Shown: piece after piece, positions 7,574 to 14,766 of the stretch
Numbering within the stretch: the first letter of the stretch is position 1
How the letters are laid out: every line of letters begins with the position of its first letter
Translations under genes and position numbers: made by a program
Assembly: GCA_036304065.1 (NCBI GenBank)
Contig: JAXIZI010000035.1
Span: forward strand, 7,626 to 31,625
Direction: 5' to 3'
DNA length: 24,000 nucleotides
Origin: Collinsella sp.
Lineage (GTDB): Bacteria; Actinomycetota; Coriobacteriia; Coriobacteriales; Coriobacteriaceae
Notes under the pieces: generated by a model
The model's database searches: none
Seen by the model: only the letters and a program-made list of their open reading frames with translations
Told to the model about the DNA's origin: nothing

Positions 7574-10051
7574 CTATTCCTCCGCCTCTCGCGCCGCCCG
7601 GCGCATCTCGCGCTCGGCGACCTCTGCGGGCTTGGTGTTCCACAGGTCGTAGAGCGGGCCTTTCGGGAAGTCGTCGGTGATGGGCACGCGGATCCCGGCG
7701 CTGATGAGCAGGCCCTCGCCGGGCTTGACGGCGTCGCCGATGTAGCCGCGCTCCGTGGCGGAGAGCTGGAGCATCTCCGCCCATGCGTCGAGGTCGGCGG
7801 TGGACTGCTTGTGCAGCAGGAAGAACTCGGAGTTGAGCACCATGTCGCGGGCCTCGGCGTTGGCCAGCATGTGGCTCGTGTTCTGGCTGATGCCGGTGCA
7901 GATGAGGCCGAACTTGCGCCCCTCGCGCCACAGGCGGGCGAAGTACTCGACCACCGTCGGGTGCGCGAAGAGGCTCTGCACCTCGTCGATGTAGAGCCAG
8001 GTGTAGTTGGGGCGCGGCGGCGTTACCATCACGCGGTTGCGCACCATCTCGAGCGCCGTGATCATGCCGAACACGCGCATGTTCTGGCCGAGGCCGTGCA
8101 TGTCGATGTTGGTGATGCGGTTGTCGAGCGCCACGTTGCTCTGGCCGTTGAAGAAGGAGAACGCGCCCTTCACGTAGCGCTCGTAGCGCAGCGCGATGTC
8201 GGCGGCCTCGGGCTCGGGCTGAGCGAGCAGCGCCGCGTGGAAGTCGCCGAGCGTGGGCAGGCGGCCGTCCCTCGCGCACTCCCGGTACGCCTCGCCGACG
8301 CAGCGGGCGATGATCGAGCGGTCGCGCTCAGGCAGGCCCTCGCGGCCCTCGGCCATGAGCGCGCTCGAGAGCGCGAGCACCGCGTCGGTCTTGTACGCGA
8401 GCTTGGCGGCGTCGGCGCGGTCCGCGACGTCGGCGGTGTCGAGGGGGTTGAGCACCGCCGAGCATCCCGGGGCGAGCTCGACGTTCGCGCCGCCGAGCGC
8501 GCCGACGAGGTTGCCGTACTCGCCGGCCGGGTCGAAGATCACGACCTCGTCCTCGGGGTGCGCGAGAACGGTGTTGGTTATCTCGCGCTTGACCGAGAAG
8601 CTTTTGCCCGAGCCGGGCTTGCCGCACACGAAGCCCATGGGGCTCGCCAGGCGCTTGCGGTCGCACAGCACCAGGTTCCCGCTCTCCTTGGACTGCCCGT
8701 AGTAGCCGCCGCCCGCCTCGTCGAGGCTCTGGCTGGCGAAGGGCATCTGCATGGCCACCTGCCCCGTGGTGAGGTAGCGGCTCACGGTGACGTGGTTGTC
8801 ACCGAGCGGGAGCACCGAGTTGAGAGCCTGGCGCTGCCGGAAGTGGAGCGGCTCGAGGCCGATCGTGCAGCCCTGCGCGACGCTCGTCACCTGCTGGACG
8901 CGGCGGTCGAGCTCCTCGAGGCTGTCGGCCCAGGTGTAGACGAGGCCTGTGTAGACGAACAGGCGCTCGGACTTGTTGCGCAGGAAGTCGAGCAGCTCCT
9001 CGGCCTCCTCCTTCGAGAAGCGCAGCTCGGGCGGCAGGATCTGGTAGTCGTAGCCCTTCTTCACGGCGCTCATCTGCTCGTCGATGATCTCCTTGTCCAT
9101 CCAGTCGATCTGGCGCTTCACGAGCGCGAGCGCCTCGCTCTGCGCGATGGGCTGCACGTGCAGCGTCACGTTGAGCGGCAGCGGCAGGTCGATGATGGAG
9201 GCGAGGTAGGTCTCCTCGATGACCGACCCGAAGCTGCGCACCGCGAGCACCGCGCCGTAGCGCCCGTCGCTGCGGAAGCAGTCGGACCTGCCTTCGGGCT
9301 TGAAGTCGAGCGTGGAGGGCATGACGAAGTCCTTCGTGCGCGCTCCCGACGCCGGGGACAATTTGTCCCAGGAGAACTCGAAGCGCGACCCCGGGCGCAG
9401 CTGCCCCTGAAGGAGCTCGAGCCTCTCGGCGCCGTCGAGGGCGCGCGACGAGCAGCGTATGCGCGCGAGCGTCTGCTCCACGTCGCCCCGGATGCGCGCG
9501 AGCTTGGGCACCGCGGCGTCGACGTCGTCGGCGCCCACGGCGTAGGTCAGGTAGCGGTGGCGCACGAGGTTCGAGACGCCCTCGCGCATCTTGTCGTTGA
9601 GGATCCGGTTGTACTCTTCGGCGAGCCCGGCGGTGGCGCGCTCCCCGGGCTCGAAGAAGACCTTGCGGCCGACCTCGTCGGCGGGGATGGGCGCGTTCAC
9701 TACCTGGAGCTGCACGTGGGAGTCCGCCGGGAAGTAGTTGAACAGCGAGCTCATCACGGTGAAGGCCGTCTCGCGCGCCTCCTTGCGCGCGGACTGGTAG
9801 CTGATGTCGGAGAACTCGACCGTCTGGCTGAACACCCCGGGCATCACCTGGGCGATTCCGTCCTTGTACATGGCGTCGTAGCCGACGTAGGCGGCCATCT
9901 CGCGCGAGCGGTCGCGCTCCCGGCGGCGCCTCTGCCGCTCGGCCTCCGCGCCCTTCGAGGCGTCCTTGCGCCCGCCCGTGCCGCCGAGGAGCAGCCCGAG
10001 GGTGCTCGGGCGCTTCGGCCTATTCTCCTTGTTGCTTCTTGCTCGGCTCAT
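7574..10051 (-). CDS. VirB4-like conjugal transfer ATPase (Gram-positive TcpF/Orf16/CD1110 type)
   Basis: 825 aa. Walker A is GKPGSGKS and the Walker B-like region is WLYIDEV. The N-terminal segment YDAMYKDGIAQV...FSDISYQ is typical of this family. SD GAAAGGAG lies 9 nt before the ATG. The 5' end overlaps the PrgI-like gene by 32 nt. Confidence 0.93.
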   Translation of the reverse strand: MSRARSNKENRPKRPSTLGLLLGGTGGRKDASKGAEAERQRRRRERDRSREMAAYVGYDAMYKDGIAQVMPGVFSQTVEFSDISYQSARKEARETAFTVMSSLFNYFPADSHVQLQVVNAPIPADEVGRKVFFEPGERATAGLAEEYNRILNDKMREGVSNLVRHRYLTYAVGADDVDAAVPKLARIRGDVEQTLARIRCSSRALDGAERLELLQGQLRPGSRFEFSWDKLSPASGARTKDFVMPSTLDFKPEGRSDCFRSDGRYGAVLAVRSFGSVIEETYLASIIDLPLPLNVTLHVQPIAQSEALALVKRQIDWMDKEIIDEQMSAVKKGYDYQILPPELRFSKEEAEELLDFLRNKSERLFVYTGLVYTWADSLEELDRRVQQVTSVAQGCTIGLEPLHFRQRQALNSVLPLGDNHVTVSRYLTTGQVAMQMPFASQSLDEAGGGYYGQSKESGNLVLCDRKRLASPMGFVCGKPGSGKSFSVKREITNTVLAHPEDEVVIFDPAGEYGNLVGALGGANVELAPGCSAVLNPLDTADVADRADAAKLAYKTDAVLALSSALMAEGREGLPERDRSIIARCVGEAYRECARDGRLPTLGDFHAALLAQPEPEAADIALRYERYVKGAFSFFNGQSNVALDNRITNIDMHGLGQNMRVFGMITALEMVRNRVMVTPPRPNYTWLYIDEVQSLFAHPTVVEYFARLWREGRKFGLICTGISQNTSHMLANAEARDMVLNSEFFLLHKQSTADLDAWAEMLQLSATERGYIGDAVKPGEGLLISAGIRVPITDDFPKGPLYDLWNTKPAEVAEREMRRAAREAEE
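9355..9369. repeat. Copy 3 of the 15-bp palindrome GGGACAA-T-TTGTCCC (inside the VirB4 CDS)
   Basis: Read directly from the sequence. It encodes in-frame DKLS (FSWDKLSPA). Confidence 0.95.
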
Positions 10052-10445
10052 AGAGCTCGGCTCCTTTCTTCCTTGCCCTGCGCCTCGCGCGACGTCCCGG
10101 GCGGCCCGGGCGCGGCGAGCCCTCGGGGAGGCTCCCGGCGAGGCAGGGCTCGTACGCGAGCAGCTGCGGGGAGAGCTCGTGTGCCGCCAAAAGCGGCAGC
10201 AGCTCCTCGGCGCGCATGCCGAAGGGCCGCCAGAACCCGGCGAGCCAGAACGGCATGCTGCAGAGCATGATCGGGAAGGCCGCGTCCGCGACGTCGGCGT
10301 GCAGGCCCAGGTGGACGAAGGCCGCCGCCCCGACCGCGCTGCCGAAGCCGAGCGACACGCATGCGAGCGTGCGCAGGCTCATCTTCCCGACGATCTTCTC
10401 CTCGTACTCGCCGATGTCCTTCTGCACCGGTATCCTGAGCGCCAT
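10020..10445 (-). CDS. PrgI-family small T4SS membrane protein
   Basis: The N-terminus (IPVQKDIGEYEEKIVGKMSLRTLACV) followed by two TM helices matches the PrgI-family pattern. It is positioned immediately upstream of VirB4, as in enterococcal and clostridial systems. Confidence 0.75.
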   Translation of the reverse strand: MALRIPVQKDIGEYEEKIVGKMSLRTLACVSLGFGSAVGAAAFVHLGLHADVADAAFPIMLCSMPFWLAGFWRPFGMRAEELLPLLAAHELSPQLLAYEPCLAGSLPEGSPRPGRPGRRARRRARKKGAELYEPSKKQQGE

Positions 10446-10457
10446 CCGCGACGCCCC

Positions 10458-10673
10458 CTATGCCGGCAGCCAGGACGTGTCCAGCTGACCGAAGTAGACC
10501 GACGCGGCGATGATGATCGCGCCGCCGGCGATGGTGGATATGGCGGTCGCGATCTGCGGGCCGCCCTGCTGCTCCCTGATGGCCAGGCCGAGCGAGACCG
10601 CTCCCCACACGACCAGGAAGCCGCCGAGGAAGGTCACGCAGCCCGACACGAGCTTGATGACGTTTGCGAGCAT
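10458..10673 (-). CDS. Maff2-family small membrane protein
   Basis: A 71-aa protein with two TM helices (VSGCVTFLGGFLVVWGAVSLGLAI ... AISTIAGGAIIIAASVYF). Size, topology and position between the T4CP and PrgI genes are typical of the family. Confidence 0.75.
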   Translation of the reverse strand: MLANVIKLVSGCVTFLGGFLVVWGAVSLGLAIREQQGGPQIATAISTIAGGAIIIAASVYFGQLDTSWLPA

Positions 10674-10757
10674 GCTGCTCTCCTTTGCTTTCGGTTGACG
10701 ATGTTCCTTGCTGTTCCTCCCCCGCGGCGGGGGAGGCCCGCGCCCGCCGCGGCCCCG

Positions 10758-12623
10758 TCACGAGGCGCCGTCCTTCCGCCTGCGGTACTCCGCGAAGTCG
10801 AACGGGCCTTGGCGGGCGGCCTCCTCGAGCAGGCGCGAGCGCGGGTGGCGCTCGAGCCGGTACTTCCGGTCCATGAGCGGCATGCACCCGTTCACGAGCA
10901 CGAGCGCGTCCTCGCGCGGCATGCGCGCCACCTCGGCGGGCTGTATGAGGTCGCGCTCGGAGATGCCGCGGTTCACGGTCCGGGTCCAGCCGGCGCCCCG
11001 CGAGTCGCTCTGCGTCTCGCTCGCCACCGTCTGTTTGCCGGCCATCTTGCTGATCTCCTCGTTGGTCTCGTTCGCCTTTCCGCCCAGGTAGAGCAGCGTG
11101 TCGCAGGCGTTCACGATGGTCTCGGCGTTGTTGTCGCCGTAGGTCTCCTTCAGCTGCGAGAGAGACTGGGCGATCATCGAGACGGCGATGTTCCGGCTGC
11201 GGGTGACGGCGATGGTCCGCTCGAAGTCGGGTATGCGCCCGATGTTGGCGAACTCGTCGAAGACGAGGTGCACCGTCGTGGGCAGCGAGCCGCCGTGCGC
11301 CTCGAGCGCCTCGGCGCAAAGCGCGCTCACGGCGGTGTCCATGAGCAGGGCGAACAGGAAGTCGAAGGTCGAGTCGGTGTCGCTCATGGACGCGAAGAGC
11401 GCGACTTTGGCGCCCTCGTCGCCCATGTGGGCGAGGTCGAGCTCGTCTTTGGAGGTGAGGTCGCGCACGGCGCGGATGGAAAGCGGCTTCAGGCGGACGT
11501 TGCAGCTCGAGAGCATCGACTTCATGGTGTCGCCGGCGGCCACGCGGAACTCGCGGTAGCTCGCGAGCGCGAAGTCGTCGGGGGGCGCGGGCTCGCGGAC
11601 CTTGACCCACTCCCACGCGCCGTCCTCCTCGGCGAAGCCGCGCAGCGAATCGCCCTCCGCCGAGGCGCCGCCGCGCCTCACGTAGCGCTCGCCGGTCTCC
11701 AGCTCGCGGAACACCATGTCGAGCGGGCTCATGTAGCCCGGGTCGTCGCGTGCGTCGGCGAGCGAGAGCAGCGTGAGCAGCCCGTCGAGGTTTCGGTCGG
11801 CGGGCTCGCAGTGCATGACGAGGTAGGCCGTGAGCGCGGTGTAGACCAGCCGCTCGGCCTTCTCCCAGTAGGGGTCGCCCTTGTGGTCGGCGTCGCCCTC
11901 GGTGTTGGCGACGATGCCGCGGGCGAAGCGGATGACGCCCGCCTCGTCGCGTATGTAGGCTATGGGGTTGAAGCGCATGGAGCGCGTGAAGTCGATGGTG
12001 TCGAACGCGCGGATCTCGTAGCCGAGCTCCGCCAGCGCGCCGCCCATCTCGCGGATGAGCGTGCCCTTCGGGTCGGTCACGAAGAAGCTGGCGTTGGCCT
12101 GCAGGAGGTTCGGCTTGACGTAGTAGCGCGTCTTGCCGGTGCCCGGGCCGCCCACCACGAGCACGTTGTCGTTGGTGTCGGTGGAGAGGTCGAACCTGCG
12201 GCTCACGAGGCGGATGCGCGCGTTGTCGGTGAGGATGATGTTGTTGTCGGGGTCCTTGGCGTCGCCGAAGGGCGCGATGTCCTTGCGCGTGGCCCACCTG
12301 GAGCTACCGTGCTCCTCGCCGTCGCGCCGGGCGCCCTTGGATCCCATGGAGCTACCGTGCTCCTCGCCGTCGCGCCGGGCGCCCTTGGATCCCATGGAGC
12401 GCGCCCAGGCGACGAGCGCCGCGCACGCGCAGGCGGTCCCCGCGCACAGGGGAAGCGCCTCCGTTGAGAATACGCGCCCCGCGCGGAGCGCCGCCGGGAT
12501 CGCCGCCATGGCGGCCTCCGGGTCGAGGATCGGGCTCGTGCCCGACGCCGCAAGGGCCGCGGCCGCGAAGTCTCCCGCGGCGAACGCCGCCGCGGCCAGC
12601 GCTGCCGCCGCCTGCCACCTCAT
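10758..12623 (-). CDS. Type IV coupling protein (VirD4/TraG-like, T4CP)
   Basis: 621 aa with an N-terminal hydrophobic region. Contains HGSSRWAT (the family HGS[AS]RWA motif), Walker A VVGGPGTGKT and Walker B-like LVFDEFAN. The start ATG overlaps the upstream stop (ATGA). Confidence 0.92.
   Translation of the reverse strand: MRWQAAAALAAAAFAAGDFAAAALAASGTSPILDPEAAMAAIPAALRAGRVFSTEALPLCAGTACACAALVAWARSMGSKGARRDGEEHGSSMGSKGARRDGEEHGSSRWATRKDIAPFGDAKDPDNNIILTDNARIRLVSRRFDLSTDTNDNVLVVGGPGTGKTRYYVKPNLLQANASFFVTDPKGTLIREMGGALAELGYEIRAFDTIDFTRSMRFNPIAYIRDEAGVIRFARGIVANTEGDADHKGDPYWEKAERLVYTALTAYLVMHCEPADRNLDGLLTLLSLADARDDPGYMSPLDMVFRELETGERYVRRGGASAEGDSLRGFAEEDGAWEWVKVREPAPPDDFALASYREFRVAAGDTMKSMLSSCNVRLKPLSIRAVRDLTSKDELDLAHMGDEGAKVALFASMSDTDSTFDFLFALLMDTAVSALCAEALEAHGGSLPTTVHLVFDEFANIGRIPDFERTIAVTRSRNIAVSMIAQSLSQLKETYGDNNAETIVNACDTLLYLGGKANETNEEISKMAGKQTVASETQSDSRGAGWTRTVNRGISERDLIQPAEVARMPREDALVLVNGCMPLMDRKYRLERHPRSRLLEEAARQGPFDFAEYRRRKDGAS
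12300..12395. repeat. Perfect 2 x 48-bp tandem duplication inside the T4CP gene, in frame
   Basis: Copies at 12300-12347 and 12348-12395 are identical. They encode MGSKGARRDGEEHGSS twice. A 5-nt microhomology (GGAGC) recurs at 12396-12400. Confidence 0.95.
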
Positions 12624-13171
12624 CTCTCGGGCCCCTCGATATGTCGCGGGCCGCGGTCCCGGCCGGGGCCCTGGCTGTGGGCCCTAGACGCCTCGCGCGC
12701 CCGCTCGGCGCGCTCCGCCAGCCGCTCGGGCGCCTGGCGCCTCTCGGCGATCTCGGAGAGCCGCTCCCTTGCGCGGTCGGCGGCCTTGCCCGTCTCTTGC
12801 TCCAGCTGGCGGAAGGCCTCGTCGACCTCGGGGGCGTCCTCCACCTTGAAGAGCAGCCAGTCGCGGCCCTCGCCTGGGATGATGTGGTGCTCGACCGACG
12901 CGGCGCGCAGCTTGTCGGAGACGACCTCCTTGATCGTCGCGTACTCGGGAAGCCCCGAGAGCTCCTCGAGGCTGAGCTTCGCGTAGGTCGGCGCGCCGTC
13001 GGCCGCGATGGCCTCGGCGCGCCCGCCGGCGATGGTCCCGCGGATTCCCGCGAGGCGCTCGGAGAGCTCCCTCGCGCTGCGCGCCATTGCCTCGGCGCCG
13101 GCCTCCTGGCCGATCCTCAGCATCCAGTCGAGCAGCTTGCCGCCCGCCTCGTCCCCGTAGTCGCTCGCCAT
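12620..13171 (-). CDS. PcfB/DUF3801-like conjugation accessory protein (tentative)
   Basis: 183 aa, directly upstream of the T4CP gene and translationally coupled to it. The family call rests mainly on size, position and general sequence character. SD GGAAGGGAGG is present. Confidence 0.5.
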   Translation of the reverse strand: MASDYGDEAGGKLLDWMLRIGQEAGAEAMARSARELSERLAGIRGTIAGGRAEAIAADGAPTYAKLSLEELSGLPEYATIKEVVSDKLRAASVEHHIIPGEGRDWLLFKVEDAPEVDEAFRQLEQETGKAADRARERLSEIAERRQAPERLAERAERAREASRAHSQGPGRDRGPRHIEGPER

Positions 13172-13197
13172 CCCGCGCCTCCCTTCCAGTCGGGATG

Positions 13198-13220
13198 AAA
13201 AAGGGGCGTCTTCGCGCCCC
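13198..13220 (-). terminator. Intrinsic-terminator-like hairpin inside the ICE gene array
   Basis: The minus strand reads GGGGCG-CGAAGA-CGCCCC followed by TTTTTC. It lies between the stop at 13229 and the pcfB-like start at 13171. Confidence 0.55.
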
Positions 13221-13228
13221 GGTCGTCC

Positions 13229-13762
13229 CTATTCGGCCCCGACGGCCCTCTCGCGCGCCATTGGGGCGCGGGCTTCCTGCCCGGCGTGCGCGCGGCTCGC
13301 CTCGCGGGCGGACGCGGCGCGCTGCGCCAGCGGCTCGGGAGCCTTCTCGTGCAGATGGGCCCACTCGCCGCTGCGGCACTGCTCCGGCGTCGCCTCGCAC
13401 ATGTCGCGCATGGCGCGCTCGAACCGCTCGGGCTCCTGGGCGATGGCGCCGAAGCTCCAGCTCTCGAAGCTGGTCCACGCGTCGCCGTCGCGTTTGAGCG
13501 TCCACCACTCGTCGCCGCCGTTCACCTGCTGGATGAACGCGAGGTCGCGGTAGCAGAACCCCTGGCGTATGGCCCAGTTGCCCGAACCGAGCGCCTCGCG
13601 GAGCCTGTCGACGCTCTCCGTGCGGGAGAACTCGTAGGCGTACTCCTCGAGGAACGGGTCGTCCTGCCAGTCGAAGCCGCCGACCTTGAGCCAGCCGTTC
13701 TCCTGGCACTTCTCCACGAGCTCTTCGTGCTCGCGGCCGGTTATCCTCTCGAAGCCGTCCAT
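13229..13762 (-). CDS. Hypothetical acidic, Trp-rich ICE protein (177 aa)
   Basis: The start was moved to the internal ATG (MDGFERITGREHEEL...), which is preceded by AAAGGCGGAGGG. The upstream part of track ORF 13229..13960 is R-rich and spans an intergenic region. Confidence 0.6.
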   Translation of the reverse strand: MDGFERITGREHEELVEKCQENGWLKVGGFDWQDDPFLEEYAYEFSRTESVDRLREALGSGNWAIRQGFCYRDLAFIQQVNGGDEWWTLKRDGDAWTSFESWSFGAIAQEPERFERAMRDMCEATPEQCRSGEWAHLHEKAPEPLAQRAASAREASRAHAGQEARAPMARERAVGAE

Positions 13763-13913
13763 GGGCCCTCCGCCTTTCGTTTGTTGCTTGGCGGGCGGCG
13801 TCCTCGCGATGGGGGCACGGTGCGAGTCGGAGCAGGCGTGCGTGCCGGCGCGTTGGCGCCGCCCAAGACGTGTATAGCGATTTCGATTGCGGCAGAGGGC
13901 GGGGCCGCCCGCG

Positions 13914-13934
13914 ATGGGTCGAGCTGGGTCGAGC
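13914..13934. promoter_or_regulatory. Tandem 10-bp motif, site A (minus strand GCTCGACCCAGCTCGACCCAT)
   Basis: Two direct CTCGACCCA(N) units with 10-bp period lie in the 201-bp intergenic region between the loader gene and the next gene. The same arrangement occurs at 15953-15981. Confidence 0.5.
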
Positions 13935-13963
13935 CGTCCGCGCCTCCACGGGAAGCGCACAAG

Positions 13964-14752
13964 CTAGCCGAGCCGGCGCCTGTCCCTTCCGCCCAGGTAG
14001 ACGGGCCTGCAGGTCTGGGAGATCCTGCTCGCGATCGCCTCTGCCGTTACGCGCTCGCCGCGCCTTGCGAGCCTGTCCGCCAGCGCGCCCGGCGCGTAGT
14101 TCGACGTGACGATGGTCGGGCGCATGTCCTCGTAGCGCGCGTCGAGCACGCTGAACACGGTGCCGACGGACCACTCGGTCGCGTCCTCCTTGCCGAGGTC
14201 GTCGAGCACGAGGACGTCGCACTTGGCGTACCGCGCGACGGCGGCCTCGGTGCCGCCCTCGTCGAACGTGGCCTTCACGCGCTCGAGCATGCCCTTGGCC
14301 GTTGTGAAGGCGACGTCGTAGCCGGCCTCGGCGAACAGCCTGGCCATGGCGGAGGCGGCGTGCGTCTTGCCGGCGCCGACGCCCCCGTGTATGTAGAGCC
14401 CGGCGCCCCCGTTGCCCGCGAACGAGGCGATGTACTCGGCGAACTCGGGGCGGTCGGCCTCGGCGGCCCAATAGCGCCTGGGGACGCCCGCGCGCGAGAG
14501 CGCCTTCTCCCGGCGGGCGGCCTCCTCCTTGGCGGCGAGGGCCGCGCGCCTTCGCGCCTCGGCCTCCCGCTCGCTGGCTGCGCCCTCGCACGGGCAGGGG
14601 GCGGCGGAGACCCAGGCGACCCTGCCCGCCAGCGCCGCGCCGAGCGGATCGAGGGCGGCGCCGCAGTGCGGGCACGCCCTCGGCTCCGGCTCGTCGAAGG
14701 AGAGCCCGGCCGCCCGGGCCTGCTCCAGGGTGATGAGTCCCGCTCGGTCCAT
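13964..14752 (-). CDS. DnaC/IstB-like AAA+ ATPase (helicase-loader type) with an N-terminal Cys4 zinc-ribbon-like motif
   Basis: Walker A is GGVGAGKTH and Walker B is VLVLDDLGKE. A sensor-like TSNY follows. The N-terminus reads CPHCG...CPCEG. Confidence 0.85.
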   Translation of the reverse strand: MDRAGLITLEQARAAGLSFDEPEPRACPHCGAALDPLGAALAGRVAWVSAAPCPCEGAASEREAEARRRAALAAKEEAARREKALSRAGVPRRYWAAEADRPEFAEYIASFAGNGGAGLYIHGGVGAGKTHAASAMARLFAEAGYDVAFTTAKGMLERVKATFDEGGTEAAVARYAKCDVLVLDDLGKEDATEWSVGTVFSVLDARYEDMRPTIVTSNYAPGALADRLARRGERVTAEAIASRISQTCRPVYLGGRDRRRLG

Positions 14753-14766
14753 CGGGCGCCCCTTCC

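Noticed and set aside
7572-8279. The N-terminal 236-codon extension of track ORF 5970..8279
   Set aside because: It overlaps the 3' end of the VirB4 gene and translates to R/H/P-rich nonsense. A strong SD+ATG at 7571, right after the VirB4 stop, gives a sensible hydrolase start.
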